DNA from: an uncultured delta proteobacterium
GTDB lineage: Bacteria > Desulfobacterota > Syntrophorhabdia > Syntrophorhabdales > WCHB1-27
Direction of reading: 5' to 3'
Assembly (NCBI GenBank): GCA_963810935.1
Contig: CAWEPK010000011.1
Span: 1 to 64,000 of the forward strand
Length of the DNA stretch: 64,000 nt
Below, one piece after another: positions 1 to 10,586 of this stretch (positions are counted from its first letter, which is position 1; the number at the start of each line of letters is the position of its first letter). The translations under genes and the position numbers were made by a program. The notes below the pieces were generated by a model that did no database searches, was not told the DNA's origin, and worked only from the letters and a program-made list of their open reading frames with translations.

Positions 1-512
<512 letters not shown>

Positions 513-595
513 ATGCTGGTTTCGGTTCGCCTAATTTTGTTTTTGGAGTTCTGTTTCGCAGTAGTGGTTGAAGCGTCAGCGGCAAGGTTGTGCGG

Positions 596-1138
596 ATGAG
601 GGAGAACGATCTCATCAGGCAGGAAGACGCAATCCTCGTTATAATCGATATGCAGGAAAAGCTTGTCCCCGCGATGGCGGAAGGCGAGAAGATGGTCGCC
701 AATACAAAGCGCCTCCTCGGTCTTGCCGAAGTCATGAGCCTTCCCGTGATAGCAACGGAGCAGGAAAAGCTCGGCGCGACGATAGCGGAGATAGCCGGAA
801 ATATTTCGACCGCAGTAATCCCGAAAACGACCTTCGACTGCTTCCTTACGGACGAGTTCTCGGTGCGCGTCGCGAAGACGGGAAGGAACGCGCTCATCAT
901 CGCCGGTATTGAGGCCCACATTTGCGTTGCCCAGACCGCCATGTCCGGCCACCCCAAATTCAAGGTCCATGTCGTAAGCGACGCGATAGGCTCGCGCTCC
1001 CCCCACAATGTCTCGGTAGCGGTGGAGAGGATGCGCGCTGCGGGCATCACCATCACATCGACGGAAATGGTCATTTATGAGCTGTTGCGACGCGCGGGGA
1101 CCACACAGTTCAAGGCCATGCTCCCCATCGTAAAATAA
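596..1138 (+). CDS. Isochorismatase-family cysteine hydrolase
   Basis: LVIIDMQEKL, TEQ, K-TF and GIEAHICV motifs; start GTG 590 or ATG 596. Confidence 0.9.
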   Translation: MRENDLIRQEDAILVIIDMQEKLVPAMAEGEKMVANTKRLLGLAEVMSLPVIATEQEKLGATIAEIAGNISTAVIPKTTFDCFLTDEFSVRVAKTGRNALIIAGIEAHICVAQTAMSGHPKFKVHVVSDAIGSRSPHNVSVAVERMRAAGITITSTEMVIYELLRRAGTTQFKAMLPIVK

Positions 1139-1164
1139 ATAACGCAGCCGGCGAAGATAAACGG

Positions 1165-2034
1165 CTATGAAGCGGAACGCCGGCCGGCAGCCGTTGCGCC
1201 CCGGCGCGTGGCCCCGGTTGCGGCGCGGTCGAGGACGCGTGTGACGTGCAGGCCATCCCGGCCGAAAGCAGCCGTGTACTGCCTGATGTCGAGGACGATG
1301 ACCGTGATGTTGTCCGTGCTTCCCCGATCGAGCGCCTCCTCTTTCAACGCCTTTGCGGCGTCATCCGGACCGGGTGCGCGGCGGGCCGTCCGCACCGCCT
1401 CTTCCGACGTCACAACGTCCCAGAGGCCGTCGCAGGCGATGACCGCAACGTCGTTTGTCCTGCCGAGGAGGCCTTGCTCGACCCTGGGCTCGGCTGTAAC
1501 GAACGGCTTGAGGTACGCATCGCCTAAGGAGCGGCTCATTGCGAGCGTGCCCTGGAGACGGGAGACGTCCAGGGAGATAACGGCCCCGCCGTCCGCCTCG
1601 ATGCGCGCTTTTTCTCCCGGGGAATCCGGCTTATGGTCCACAGTCAGGTTGACGGCGCCGCCCGCTTCCCCGACCACTATCCTGGCGTCGCCCGCTCCTG
1701 CCGCGAGAAAGGCGTCTTTGTAAAGATAGAGGGTCGCCGAGGCAGCGCCGCTCTCCGTCCGCCCGACTATAAAGCGGTCGGTGGCGAGGTACGCCTCGCG
1801 CAGGGCCTCCGCGCTGAATCCCCTTGCCTTCGTCCCGCGCCACAACTCTTTTTGCCTGGAGAGGAAAAAAGGCGTAAGCATCTCCGCGGCGAGGGCCGCT
1901 GCCACGCTGCCGGAATGGCCGTCGTGCACCTCCGCGGCGAAGATGCCCGTCTCCCGGTCGTCCCATACGGCGTGCGCGTCCTCCATCTCGCTGCGCAGGC
2001 CGATGGTTTCCTCCAGGCCGTAAGGTATTCCCAT
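1165..2034 (-). CDS. PP2C-family protein Ser/Thr phosphatase
   Basis: R-EMEDAH, DGHSG, GDAR, DHKP, SRSLGD, ACDGLWDV, GSTDNITV motifs; start taken at MGIPYG. Confidence 0.9.
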   Translation of the reverse strand: MGIPYGLEETIGLRSEMEDAHAVWDDRETGIFAAEVHDGHSGSVAAALAAEMLTPFFLSRQKELWRGTKARGFSAEALREAYLATDRFIVGRTESGAASATLYLYKDAFLAAGAGDARIVVGEAGGAVNLTVDHKPDSPGEKARIEADGGAVISLDVSRLQGTLAMSRSLGDAYLKPFVTAEPRVEQGLLGRTNDVAVIACDGLWDVVTSEEAVRTARRAPGPDDAAKALKEEALDRGSTDNITVIVLDIRQYTAAFGRDGLHVTRVLDRAATGATRRGATAAGRRSAS

Positions 2035-2138
2035 CTTTTCGCCCCTTAGCGCCACTTCCGTCTTCACATATATTCTATGACCGGCCGGGCGAAAAGGCGA
2101 GGAGAGTGCCAAATTTTGCCCCGCCGGACCCCTATATC

Positions 2139-2167
2139 TTGAAGAGGCGGCTCGCTGACATTATAAT
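2139..2167 (+). promoter_or_regulatory. sigma-70 promoter of hsp20
   Basis: TTGAAG-17 bp-TATAAT, followed by GGAGGTG Shine-Dalgarno. Confidence 0.65.
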
Positions 2168-2190
2168 AGAGTAAAAGAAGCGGAGGTGTG

Positions 2191-2632
2191 ATGATGTCGG
2201 TGACCAGGTGGGACCCATTCAGGGAGCTGCTCACACTGCAAGAGAGACTCGACAAGATGTACCGCGACATGGAGAGGGGCAGGAAAGAGGATTTTGTGTC
2301 CAGCGAATGGACGCCGCCGGTCGATATCTTCGAGTCGGCGAGCGCGTTTGTCCTTAAGCTGGAGGTGCCCGAGGTCGAGAAGGAGACGATCGACATCAAG
2401 ATAAATGAGAACGAGCTTACGATCAAGGGCGAAAGGAGACTGGAGACCGGCATCGACCCTGACAGCTACTACAGGATGGAGAGGGGATACGGCACCTTCT
2501 CCAGGTCCTTTACCCTTACAAAATCGATAGACGCGGGGCACATAAAGGCAGTGCTCAAGGATGGAATACTGAGGGTCGAGGCTGCCCAAGAAAGAAGAGG
2601 TAAAGCCCAAGCAAATCAAGATAGAGGCGTAA
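2191..2632 (+). CDS. Hsp20/alpha-crystallin small heat-shock protein (1-bp insertion near 2581)
   Basis: RWDPFREL, WTPPVDIFE, ERGYGTFSRSF, KDGIL. Removing one G gives the typical ending LPKKEEVKPKQIKIEA* (TAA 2630-2632). Confidence 0.9.
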
Positions 2633-2709
2633 GGTTTTTTTTAAGCGGCCCTGTTTTTCCGAGAACCTCTGGTTTACGCATCTTTTTAAAAGAAGGGGCT
2701 ATCCGTATA

Positions 2710-3426
2710 TCAGCGCCCTGCCAGTTTCGCGGCGGCGGCCTTGCGGTCCGCTTCAGTGTCCACGCCTACCCCGTCGTACTGTGTAATGATGACTTTGATC
2801 TTGTGCCCCGCTTCCATCGCGCGGAGCTGTTCCAGCGATTCCGCCTGTTCGAGACGTCCCTTGGGCAGGCCGACGAAAGTCTCCAGGAACGCGCGGGTGA
2901 AGGCGTAAATGCCGATGTGCTTATGAGGTGGTGCTTTCCCCTCAAGTAGATGGGGCGCCGGCGTCCTTGAGAAGTAAAGGGCAAAGCCTTCTTCGTCGAC
3001 CGCGCATTTGACGACGTTGCGGTCTGCATGATCGGCGGCATCAGCGATAGGCGAGCAAAGCGTGGCCATGCCGGTATGCCCGTCCCCCATCGCGGAGAAA
3101 AGCTCGTCGATCATATCTCCCCGGACCTGCGGCTCGTCCCCCTGGAGGTTAACGACGAAGTCCGCCTCCCTGCCCTGCACGGCCCGGCAGACGCGGTCTG
3201 TGCCGCTCGCGCACTCGCCGGTCATGACTACCTCTGCGCCGAAGGCGGCGCAACGCTCCGCGATCCGTTCGTCGTCCGTTGCCACCAGTACTTCATCCGC
3301 CAGCCTGGAGGCGCGGGCCGCCTCCCATACCCACTGTATGAGCGGCTTGCCTGCGATGTCGAGAAGCGGCTTGCCGGGCAGGCGCGTAGATGCGTATCTG
3401 GCGGGAATTACGATTACCCTCTTCAC
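2710..3426 (-). CDS. kdsB: 3-deoxy-manno-octulosonate cytidylyltransferase
   Basis: IPARYASTRLPGKPL, SGTDR, VNLQGDEP, HIGIYAF, ESLEQLR. Confidence 0.95.
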   Translation of the reverse strand: MKRVIVIPARYASTRLPGKPLLDIAGKPLIQWVWEAARASRLADEVLVATDDERIAERCAAFGAEVVMTGECASGTDRVCRAVQGREADFVVNLQGDEPQVRGDMIDELFSAMGDGHTGMATLCSPIADAADHADRNVVKCAVDEEGFALYFSRTPAPHLLEGKAPPHKHIGIYAFTRAFLETFVGLPKGRLEQAESLEQLRAMEAGHKIKVIITQYDGVGVDTEADRKAAAAKLAGR

Positions 3427-6236
3427 GGCCGCGACCCGTTAAGGTATCGCTTCAGGAAGCGTCCCGTATGGCTCGCGCGGCTGCGGACAACGTCTTCCGG
3501 CGTGCCCTTCGCGATCACGTATCCCCCTTTGTCCCCGCCTTCAGGCCCCAGGTCGATAAGGTAGTCGGCGCACTTGATGACGTCCATATTATGTTCTATC
3601 ACAACTACCGTGTTTCCCCTATCGATAAGCTCGTTGAGGACGAAAAGGAGTTTCTCGATGTCCACGAAATGGAGGCCCGTCGTCGGCTCGTCCAGGATGT
3701 AAAGGGTCCGGCCGGTGTCCCTTTTCGACAGCTCGCGGGACAGCTTGATCCTCTGGGCCTCTCCACCCGAAAGGGTGGTGGCCGACTGGCCGAGCTTTAT
3801 GTAGCCCAGGCCCACCTCGTTGAGTACCTTCAGCTTCGCCTTGACGTGCGGTATCGAATCGAAGAAGTCGATTGCCTGGGTGACGGTCATCTCCAGGACG
3901 TCGGCTATGTTCTTTCCCTTGTATTCTATTTCCAGGGTGTCCCTGTTGTACCGTTTCCCCTTGCAGACGTCGCAGACGATGTAGACGTCTGGAAGGAACT
4001 GCATCTCTATCTTCACGAAGCCCTCGCCCGCGCACGTCTCGCAACGGCCGCCCTTTACGTTGAAGCTGAACCTGCCGTCCTTGTAACCCCGCATGCGCGA
4101 CTCCGGGATCTTTGCGAAAAGCTCCCTGACGAAGGTGAAGATGCCCGTATAAGTGGCGGGGTTCGAGCGCGGCGTCCTGCCTATGGGCGACTGGTCGATG
4201 TCGATGACCCTGTCTATCGCCTCGAAGCCGGTGATCGCCTGCGCTGCCCCTGCCCGCTCTTTCGAGCGGTAGAGGCGCTGCTTGAGGAGCGGGAAAAGCG
4301 TGTCGATGATGAGCGAGCTTTTCCCCGAGCCGGATACGCCGGTCACGCAGGTGAAGACGCCAAGCGGTATCTCCACGTCAATCGCCTTGAGGTTATGGGC
4401 GGCCGCGCCGGAAAGGCGGATGGTCCCCTTCGGCTTCCTCCGGCCATTAGGCCTTTCTATCCTCCGCCTGTCGGAGACGAAAAGCCCGGTGATCGACTTC
4501 GGGTCTTCCTTCAGCTCCTCAGGCGTACCCATGAAAACGAGGTATCCGCCGTTCTCTCCCGCGCCCGGCCCCAGGTCGATGACGTAATCGGCCCGCAGTA
4601 TAGTGTCGTAGTCGTGCTCGACGACGACGACCGTGTTGCCCAGGTCGCGCAGCTTCCCGAGGGTGGCGAGGAGGCGCTCGTTGTCGCGCTGGTGGAGGCC
4701 GATGCTCGGCTCGTCGAGCACATAAAGCACGCCCGTGAGGCCCGAGCCGATCTGCGTCGCGAGGCGGATGCGCTGTGATTCACCGGACGAGAGCGTCCCC
4801 GAGGAGCGGTCGAGGGAGATATAATCGAGGCCGACGTCGATTAAGAACTTGAGGCGGGCGGTGATCTCTTTCAGGATCGGCTGGGCGATCTCCCGGTCGT
4901 TGGCGGCCAGGGCGACCTGTCCGAAGAACTTCAGGGACTCGGCGATGGTCATCATGGTCGCCTGGTATATATTGATGTCGCCGAACCGGACCCAGAGCAT
5001 CTCTTTCTTGAGCCTTGCACCTTTGCACGCCGGGCAGGGGATGAGGTTGATATAGCGCTCGAACCTCTCCTTCTCCCACGGGCCGGCCGAGTGCCATTCC
5101 CGCTCCAGCTCTTTTATCACGCCTTCGAAGGCCTTCTTCACGGGCTGGCGCCTGTGGCCGCGCTCGACGTAGAACTCTATCTCCTCCCCTGCCGAGCCGA
5201 AGAACAATACGTCCTGCACGAGCTGGGGCAGGTCCTTGAACGGCGCTCTTATGTCTATATCGTAGTGTTTGACTATCGATTCGAGGAAGGGCAAAAAGAC
5301 AGTCGGCTCTTTATCGGCCCAGGGCATAATCGCGCCCTCCCGCAGCGACAGCTCCTTGTTCGGAACGATCAGGTCCGGGTCGAAATACTCCTTCACGCCG
5401 AGGCCCAGGCAGGTCGGGCAGGCCCCATACGGGTTATTGAAGGAGAACATGGCGGGCGTGATCTCCGGGTAGCTGATGCCGCAATCCGGGCAGGCAAATT
5501 TCTCGCTGAAGACGAGGGTCTCGCTGCCGGTCTCGACCTTGACGATGCCGCCCGCCTTGCCAAGGGCCAGCTCTACCGCCTCAAAGAGGCGCCGCTCGAT
5601 GCCTTCCCTCAGGGTGATCCTGTCGATGATAACGTCTATATTGTGCTTCTTGTTCTTGTCGAGGACGATGGCTTCGGAGAGGTCGGTCATTTTCCCGTTG
5701 AGCTTGATCCTCGTGAAGCCCTGCCTTCTCAGGTCGTCGATTTCCTTGCGGTACTCGCCTTTGCGTCCCCTTACGATGGGGGCGAGCACGGAAAGCTGCA
5801 TGCCGTTCCCCAGGGCCAGTATGGCGTCCACGATCTGCGGAGTGTGCTGGCTTTTGATCTCCTTCCCGCAGCCGTAGCAGTAGACGCGGCCGAGCCTGGC
5901 GTAAAGCAGCCTCAGGTAGTCGTAAATCTCCGTGACCGTACCGACGGTCGAGCGGGGGTTCTTGCTGATGCTCTTCTGCTCGATGCTTATAGCGGGCGAG
6001 AGGCCCTCTATGTAATCGACGTCCGGTTTTTCCTGTAGCTCCAGGAACTGGCGGGCATACGAGGAGAGTGACTCGACGTACCTGCGCTGACCCTCCGCAT
6101 ATACGGTGTCGAAGGCAAGGGACGATTTTCCCGACCCGCTAGGCCCCGTGATGACGGTCATGCTGTTCCTCGGGAGCCGCACGTCGATGTTCTTAAGATT
6201 ATGTTCTCTCGCGCCTTTAATGAAGATGTGGTCCAT
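3423..6236 (-). CDS. uvrA: Excinuclease ABC subunit A
   Basis: GAREHNLKN, two Walker A motifs (GPSGSGKSS, GVSGSGKSS), zinc fingers, LDEPSIGLH; 937 aa. Confidence 0.98.
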   Translation of the reverse strand: MDHIFIKGAREHNLKNIDVRLPRNSMTVITGPSGSGKSSLAFDTVYAEGQRRYVESLSSYARQFLELQEKPDVDYIEGLSPAISIEQKSISKNPRSTVGTVTEIYDYLRLLYARLGRVYCYGCGKEIKSQHTPQIVDAILALGNGMQLSVLAPIVRGRKGEYRKEIDDLRRQGFTRIKLNGKMTDLSEAIVLDKNKKHNIDVIIDRITLREGIERRLFEAVELALGKAGGIVKVETGSETLVFSEKFACPDCGISYPEITPAMFSFNNPYGACPTCLGLGVKEYFDPDLIVPNKELSLREGAIMPWADKEPTVFLPFLESIVKHYDIDIRAPFKDLPQLVQDVLFFGSAGEEIEFYVERGHRRQPVKKAFEGVIKELEREWHSAGPWEKERFERYINLIPCPACKGARLKKEMLWVRFGDINIYQATMMTIAESLKFFGQVALAANDREIAQPILKEITARLKFLIDVGLDYISLDRSSGTLSSGESQRIRLATQIGSGLTGVLYVLDEPSIGLHQRDNERLLATLGKLRDLGNTVVVVEHDYDTILRADYVIDLGPGAGENGGYLVFMGTPEELKEDPKSITGLFVSDRRRIERPNGRRKPKGTIRLSGAAAHNLKAIDVEIPLGVFTCVTGVSGSGKSSLIIDTLFPLLKQRLYRSKERAGAAQAITGFEAIDRVIDIDQSPIGRTPRSNPATYTGIFTFVRELFAKIPESRMRGYKDGRFSFNVKGGRCETCAGEGFVKIEMQFLPDVYIVCDVCKGKRYNRDTLEIEYKGKNIADVLEMTVTQAIDFFDSIPHVKAKLKVLNEVGLGYIKLGQSATTLSGGEAQRIKLSRELSKRDTGRTLYILDEPTTGLHFVDIEKLLFVLNELIDRGNTVVVIEHNMDVIKCADYLIDLGPEGGDKGGYVIAKGTPEDVVRSRASHTGRFLKRYLNGSRP

Positions 6237-6392
6237 TGGTCCTATCCGATTTTAATTGCGGTGAAGTGAATAGTCTATCAGACAAGGGCTGCCGTTTCAA
6301 CGGGCGGCGGGGAAGGGCAAACCGAACGCTACGATCGACGATCTGTACAAGCGCTCTTGATTTGTGCGCTCCTCCGGCGTTAAATTACTTGC

Positions 6393-7166
6393 GTGACGGC
6401 CTTTCGGAAACAGTACTTACTCATCAACGTCCCTTACGCCATGGTGCGGCCGCGCCTTAAAGACATCGTATCCCTCGGCATAGGCATCGAGGTCTATATA
6501 AACAGCGATATCCTAGACGAGATAACCCCGGGCGATGCGCGCGAGGTCGGGCGCATGCTCTCGGACCAGGGCGTCCTGCGCACCTGCCACGCGCCTTTCA
6601 TGGACCTGAGCCCTGGCGGCTTGGACAGGGACGTGAGGCGCGTCACGAGGGAGAAGCTGAAAAGGGCCATAGAGGCGGCCAACCTTATAGGCGCGAAGTC
6701 GATCGTCTGCCACGGTGGGTACGACAGGTGGCGCTTCGGGGGACATGAGGATCTATGGCTGGCCAACAGCGTCGAGACGTGGACGGAGCTTCTGGGCACG
6801 GCGGGGGACCTGGCTCTTCTCGTGGAGAACGTCTTCGAGGAGACGCCCGACACGCTCGTCGCCCTCTTCGACAGGTTCCCGGAGAAGAACCTCTGGACCT
6901 GCTTCGACACGGGACATTTCAATCTTTTTACGAAGGTGCCCCTTGATGCGTGGCTCACGGCTGTTGCGGGCCGGCTCAGGGAGCTTCATATACACGACAA
7001 CCACGGGAAAAGCGACGAGCACCTGCCGGTGGGGCGGGGGACGTTCCCCTTCAGGGAGCTTAAGCACCTCCTGAAACCGATGGACAACCTTTACTTTACC
7101 GCCGAGGCGTCGGCCGAATCGTCCGCGCGCGAGACATTGAAGTGCGCGAGCGACTTCCTCTCATGA
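6393..7166 (+). CDS. Sugar phosphate isomerase/epimerase (AP endonuclease 2 TIM-barrel family)
   Basis: HAPFMDLSPG, ENVFE, CFDTGH, HIHDNHG-DEHLPVG metal motifs. Confidence 0.88.
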   Translation: MTAFRKQYLLINVPYAMVRPRLKDIVSLGIGIEVYINSDILDEITPGDAREVGRMLSDQGVLRTCHAPFMDLSPGGLDRDVRRVTREKLKRAIEAANLIGAKSIVCHGGYDRWRFGGHEDLWLANSVETWTELLGTAGDLALLVENVFEETPDTLVALFDRFPEKNLWTCFDTGHFNLFTKVPLDAWLTAVAGRLRELHIHDNHGKSDEHLPVGRGTFPFRELKHLLKPMDNLYFTAEASAESSARETLKCASDFLS

Positions 7167-7241
7167 AGTGGGGCCGTGCGGCCAAAAAGGCTTAAGGCAG
7201 CCTGATCAGGCTGCCCGGCCGCGCGTTCCGGAAGATCGCCT

Positions 7242-7523
7242 TTATTCCCTGTAGAAATGCTCCTCCGGTATCATCCTTAGCTGCAGCCGCTGTACCTCGT
7301 CATGCAGCTCATCCACGCTGGTGCTGACTACCGCGAATGTATCGAAAATCATCCTGAGGGTATCGGCCAGTTTCTCCATGTTCTGCCTGGCCGCCTCCGA
7401 CGCCTTCTTGATCTCTGATTCTCTCGCCCTGCATTCCTCGATGATCTCGCGGAGCTGTTTTTCCTCTTCGGGCGTCACGCTCTTTTCCCTCAACACGCTG
7501 TCTACTGTTTTTGCCCTTTCCAT
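7242..7523 (-). CDS. Hypothetical coiled-coil protein (93 aa)
   Basis: GGAGGTGG Shine-Dalgarno before ATG 7523; Glu/Lys/Arg-rich helical sequence; has its own sigma-70-like promoter. Confidence 0.7.
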   Translation of the reverse strand: MERAKTVDSVLREKSVTPEEEKQLREIIEECRARESEIKKASEAARQNMEKLADTLRMIFDTFAVVSTSVDELHDEVQRLQLRMIPEEHFYRE

Positions 7524-7621
7524 TGTCCACCTCCGTGCTTTCCGGTTTCGGACATGCCGGAATGGTTTGTCTGTCGTCCCCTTGACCTTGTGCGCGGAAA
7601 TGCCCACTATCGGTCAAGCTG

Positions 7622-7660
7622 TGTTATACATAATATAACAACAAAGACGCGCCAAATCAA
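7622..7660 (-). promoter_or_regulatory. sigma-70 promoter with overlapping palindromic operator
   Basis: Minus strand TTGATT-17 bp-TATATT; the perfect inverted repeat TGTTATA-N5-TATAACA (7622-7640) covers the -10 and start region. Confidence 0.55.
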
Positions 7661-7740
7661 GCGAATTATTCTCTGGATGAGCGAATTTGTCCTATATGTC
7701 AAAAAAACGCACAGGGTGCGCAGGTATGTTTTTTTTAGCG

Positions 7741-8094
7741 CTAACCCTCTGCCGGCTTGTTGTCTTTGTCCACGAAAACGACCTTCGGTTTGAAGCCCTG
7801 TAGCTCGTTGTCCTGGAACTGCCCGTAGGAGGCGATGATGACGAGGTCGCCTTTCTTTGCCTTGTGCGCAGCCGCGCCGTTGATGCAGATGACGCCCGAG
7901 TCCCGGGGACCTATTATGGCATAGGTCGTGAAGCGCTCGCCGTTCGTTATGTTATAGATGTCCACCTGCTCGTAAGGGATGATGCCTGCCATCTCCAGCA
8001 ACTGCTCGTCTATGGTGATGCTGCCCTGGTAGTCGATGTTGCTGTCCGTCACGGTCGCGCGGTGGATCTTCCCCTTCATCATGGTTCTTAACAT
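7741..8094 (-). CDS. panD: Aspartate 1-decarboxylase
   Basis: [10 protein letters not shown]...YQGSITID (G/S autocleavage site), [14 protein letters not shown]. Confidence 0.97.
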   Translation of the reverse strand: MLRTMMKGKIHRATVTDSNIDYQGSITIDEQLLEMAGIIPYEQVDIYNITNGERFTTYAIIGPRDSGVICINGAAAHKAKKGDLVIIASYGQFQDNELQGFKPKVVFVDKDNKPAEG

Positions 8095-8095
8095 G

Positions 8096-8944
8096 TCATG
8101 ACTCCGTCAGGATAGTATTGTCAATAAGCCTTGTCTTGCCTACCCTCGCCGCAATTGCGAGAAGTGCGCTGCTCTCTATATCCTTGATGCCGCCCAGGTC
8201 CTCCGGGTCGCACACCTCGACGTACTCGATATCGATGCCGTCTTTTGAAGCGAGGACCTTGCGGACTTCCGAGGCGATAACGCCTGCGTTTCTTTCGCCG
8301 CCCTTAAAAAGCTCCTCCGCTCTTTTCATGGAGGCGCGGATGAGAAGCGCGTTGGCGCGCTCTTCGGCGCCCAGGTAAGTGTTCCTGGAACTCATCGCCA
8401 GGCCGCCCTCTTCGCGCACGGTCGGGTACGCGACGATCTCTATGCCCATATTGAGGTCGCGCACCATCCTCTCGATGATCTTCAGTTGCTGGTAGTCTTT
8501 CTGCCCGAAGACGGCGAAATGCGGCTTGCACGCGTTGAAAAGCTTCGCAACGACCGTCGCCACCCCCACGAAATGGCCTTGCCGCGAAAGGCCGCACAGG
8601 TGGTCCCCCAGCCCCCTGACCTCTATATAGGTCGAGTAACCCTCAGGGTACATCTCGGGTGCGTCCGGTGCGAAGATCACGTCCGTTTTTACGCCTTCGA
8701 GGAGCCGGCTGTCGCGCTCGAAATCCCTCGGATACCGGCTCAAGTCTTCCTTGGGGCCGAACTGGATGGGGTTGACGAAGATGCTCACTACGACCAGGTC
8801 CGCAAGCTCGCGCGCCTTCCGCACCAGCGCCAAGTGGCCTTCATGGAGGTAACCCATTGTCGGGACGAGGCCTACCTTGCCGCCCGCCTTCCGGGCGGCA
8901 TCGGCTGCCTCCTGCATCTCCCTTATTGTGCGAATAACCTTCAT
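8096..8944 (-). CDS. panC: Pantoate--beta-alanine ligase
   Basis: [41 protein letters not shown]. Confidence 0.97.
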   Translation of the reverse strand: MKVIRTIREMQEAADAARKAGGKVGLVPTMGYLHEGHLALVRKARELADLVVVSIFVNPIQFGPKEDLSRYPRDFERDSRLLEGVKTDVIFAPDAPEMYPEGYSTYIEVRGLGDHLCGLSRQGHFVGVATVVAKLFNACKPHFAVFGQKDYQQLKIIERMVRDLNMGIEIVAYPTVREEGGLAMSSRNTYLGAEERANALLIRASMKRAEELFKGGERNAGVIASEVRKVLASKDGIDIEYVEVCDPEDLGGIKDIESSALLAIAARVGKTRLIDNTILTES

Positions 8945-8946
8945 AA

Positions 8947-9741
8947 TTAATGGAAGGAACGGGCGTCGTCGGGGAAAGCGCCCGACTTCACCTCATCGAT
9001 ATATTCCTTCACCCCTTTTTCTATCTGTCCGGCCAGGTTTACGTATGTCTTGACAAATTTCGGCCTGAAGCCGGTGGCCAGGCCCAAAAGGTCATGGATG
9101 ACGAGCACCTGGCCGTCGCAGTCCGGCCCTGCCCCTATGCCTATGGTCGGGATGGAAAGCATCTCCGTGATTTTCCTGCCGAGGTTCCTGGGGATGCCCT
9201 CAAGGACCACGGAGAACGCGCCCGCTTCCTCGACCGCCTTGGCGTCCTCGATCAGCATATCCTCGGCTGACCCCTTGCCCTGGACCTTGAACCCGCCCAT
9301 TGCGTTGACCGATTGCGGGGTCAGGCCGATATGGGCCATGACCGGGATATCGATATCGACGATGGCTTTTATCACGTCGCGCACCCTGACGCCGCCCTCC
9401 GCCTTTACCGCTGCCGCCCCGGTCTCCTTTATCAGGCGCCCGGCGTTCCTCCGGGCCTGCTCGATGCTCTCGTGATACGACATGAACGGCATGTCGGCCA
9501 CGACCAGGGCCCGCTTCGTCCCCCTGACGACCGCCGCAGTGTGGTGGATCATCTCCTCGACCGTCACGGGAAGCGTATTGGGATAACCGAGGACGGCGTT
9601 CCCCACCGAGTCCCCGACCAGTATGATTTCCATACCAGCCGCGTCGACGAGCTGCGCAAACGGGAAATCGTATGCGGTCAGCATAGTGATCCGCTCCCCT
9701 CCCTTTCGCGCCCTTATCATTGGAACTGTTATCTTTTCCAT
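8947..9741 (-). CDS. panB: 3-methyl-2-oxobutanoate hydroxymethyltransferase
   Basis: [36 protein letters not shown]. Confidence 0.97.
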   Translation of the reverse strand: MEKITVPMIRARKGGERITMLTAYDFPFAQLVDAAGMEIILVGDSVGNAVLGYPNTLPVTVEEMIHHTAAVVRGTKRALVVADMPFMSYHESIEQARRNAGRLIKETGAAAVKAEGGVRVRDVIKAIVDIDIPVMAHIGLTPQSVNAMGGFKVQGKGSAEDMLIEDAKAVEEAGAFSVVLEGIPRNLGRKITEMLSIPTIGIGAGPDCDGQVLVIHDLLGLATGFRPKFVKTYVNLAGQIEKGVKEYIDEVKSGAFPDDARSFH

Positions 9742-9760
9742 CGAACCCCCCCCAAAAAAC

Positions 9761-9795
9761 AAAAAAAGCCTCCTGAACTGTCGTTTCAGAAGGCT
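9761..9795 (-). terminator. Intrinsic terminator (attenuator) in the panB leader
   Basis: Minus strand AGCCTTCTGAA-loop-TTCAGGAGGCT followed by T7, about 20 nt before the panB start. Confidence 0.8.
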
Positions 9796-9813
9796 AACAT
9801 TCGAACATCCCTT

Positions 9814-9844
9814 CCGTCTCAGTCCAGTTTATGGATCCAAGCGG
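9814..9844 (-). ncRNA. pan RNA motif-like leader hairpin
   Basis: Minus strand CCGCTTGGATCC-ataaact-GGACTGAGACGG forms a stem with bulged A residues, upstream of a terminator and panBCD. This matches the pan motif context known from deltaproteobacteria and Firmicutes (recognised from memory, not by a covariance search). Confidence 0.7.
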
Positions 9845-9970
9845 CTTATAATATCTAGCTTATACTCAGGTTCGGCTCACAGTCAAGTGGTTTTTCATTT
9901 TTTTTACGACTTCCTTGTATGCAAAACTGCCGGGGCAATGCTTCTGACAAACAGGCTGTTGCTATAAAGT

Positions 9971-10008
9971 AAAAAGGCCGGATGCACTGAAGCCGCGCAT
10001 CCGGCCTT
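9971..10008 (-). terminator. Intrinsic terminator after the Pro-rich protein gene
   Basis: AAGGCCGGATGC...GCATCCGGCCTT inverted repeat with a T-run on the minus strand. Confidence 0.75.
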
Positions 10009-10013
10009 CCATT

Positions 10014-10586
10014 CTACCGGTGATGGTCCCAGTGTCTTTCCCGTTCCCACTTTTCCCAGTTGCCGTGTAGCTCTGCGTGGGGTATCGGGCGGTATCCGCG
10101 CGGGACATTGCGCCAGCCGTGCGGCAGATGCACCAGCACGCCTGGGACCCTGGGGCCGGGCGTAAAGAGCCACGGTCCGTTATATGAGGCTGCCCTGAAC
10201 CAGTGGCCGCCGAAAGGCCTGTACCAAGAGCCGCCGTAAAAGAGGACATCCACGCCGATGCCGGGCACGAAGTAGGCATAAGTGCCCGGTATGGGGACCA
10301 CATCGGGCGGAGCTGCAAAGGCAAATGCAGGCGGCGGCGCTACTGCCGCAGGCGGAGGCGGTGGTGGGCCGTATCCCGCGGGCGGAGGCGTAGGCGGCCC
10401 ATACCCGGCCGGGGGCGGCTGTACCTGAGCTATCTGTACTGCCGGTCCGGTCCCGTTTACCGCTGCAAGGTCAGCGGTGGAAGCCGCGTCTTTTTGCACG
10501 TCATAATCACGCGCGGCGGAAGGGGCGGGCCAGAAGGCCGCAGCCAGAACCACGCAAACGAATAAGGCCAAGAAACTCTTCTTCAT
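10014..10586 (-). CDS. Exported proline-rich hypothetical protein
   Basis: GGAGG SD; signal peptide MKKSFLALFVCVVLAAAFWPAPSAA; PPPAGYGPP twice; aromatic-rich C-terminal domain (FYGGSWYR, WFRAASYNGPW). Confidence 0.8.
   Translation of the reverse strand: MKKSFLALFVCVVLAAAFWPAPSAARDYDVQKDAASTADLAAVNGTGPAVQIAQVQPPPAGYGPPTPPPAGYGPPPPPPAAVAPPPAFAFAAPPDVVPIPGTYAYFVPGIGVDVLFYGGSWYRPFGGHWFRAASYNGPWLFTPGPRVPGVLVHLPHGWRNVPRGYRPIPHAELHGNWEKWERERHWDHHR

Noticed and set aside
2104..2112. GAGTGCCAA, half of a CIRCE element upstream of hsp20
   Set aside because: The matching left arm (TTAGCACTC) 9 bp upstream is absent.
2188..2949. 253-aa extended Hsp20 overlapping kdsB
   Set aside because: Caused by a 1-bp insertion; the corrected frame gives a normal C-terminus ending at 2632.
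6320..6345. Possible LexA box upstream of uvrA (CGAACGCTACGATCG)
   Set aside because: It does not fit GAAC-N4-GTTC or other LexA boxes I can recall.
10355..10420. Tandem ~30-bp repeat as a CRISPR or contingency locus
   Set aside because: Only two imperfect in-frame copies encoding PPPAGYGPP; no spacers or cas genes.
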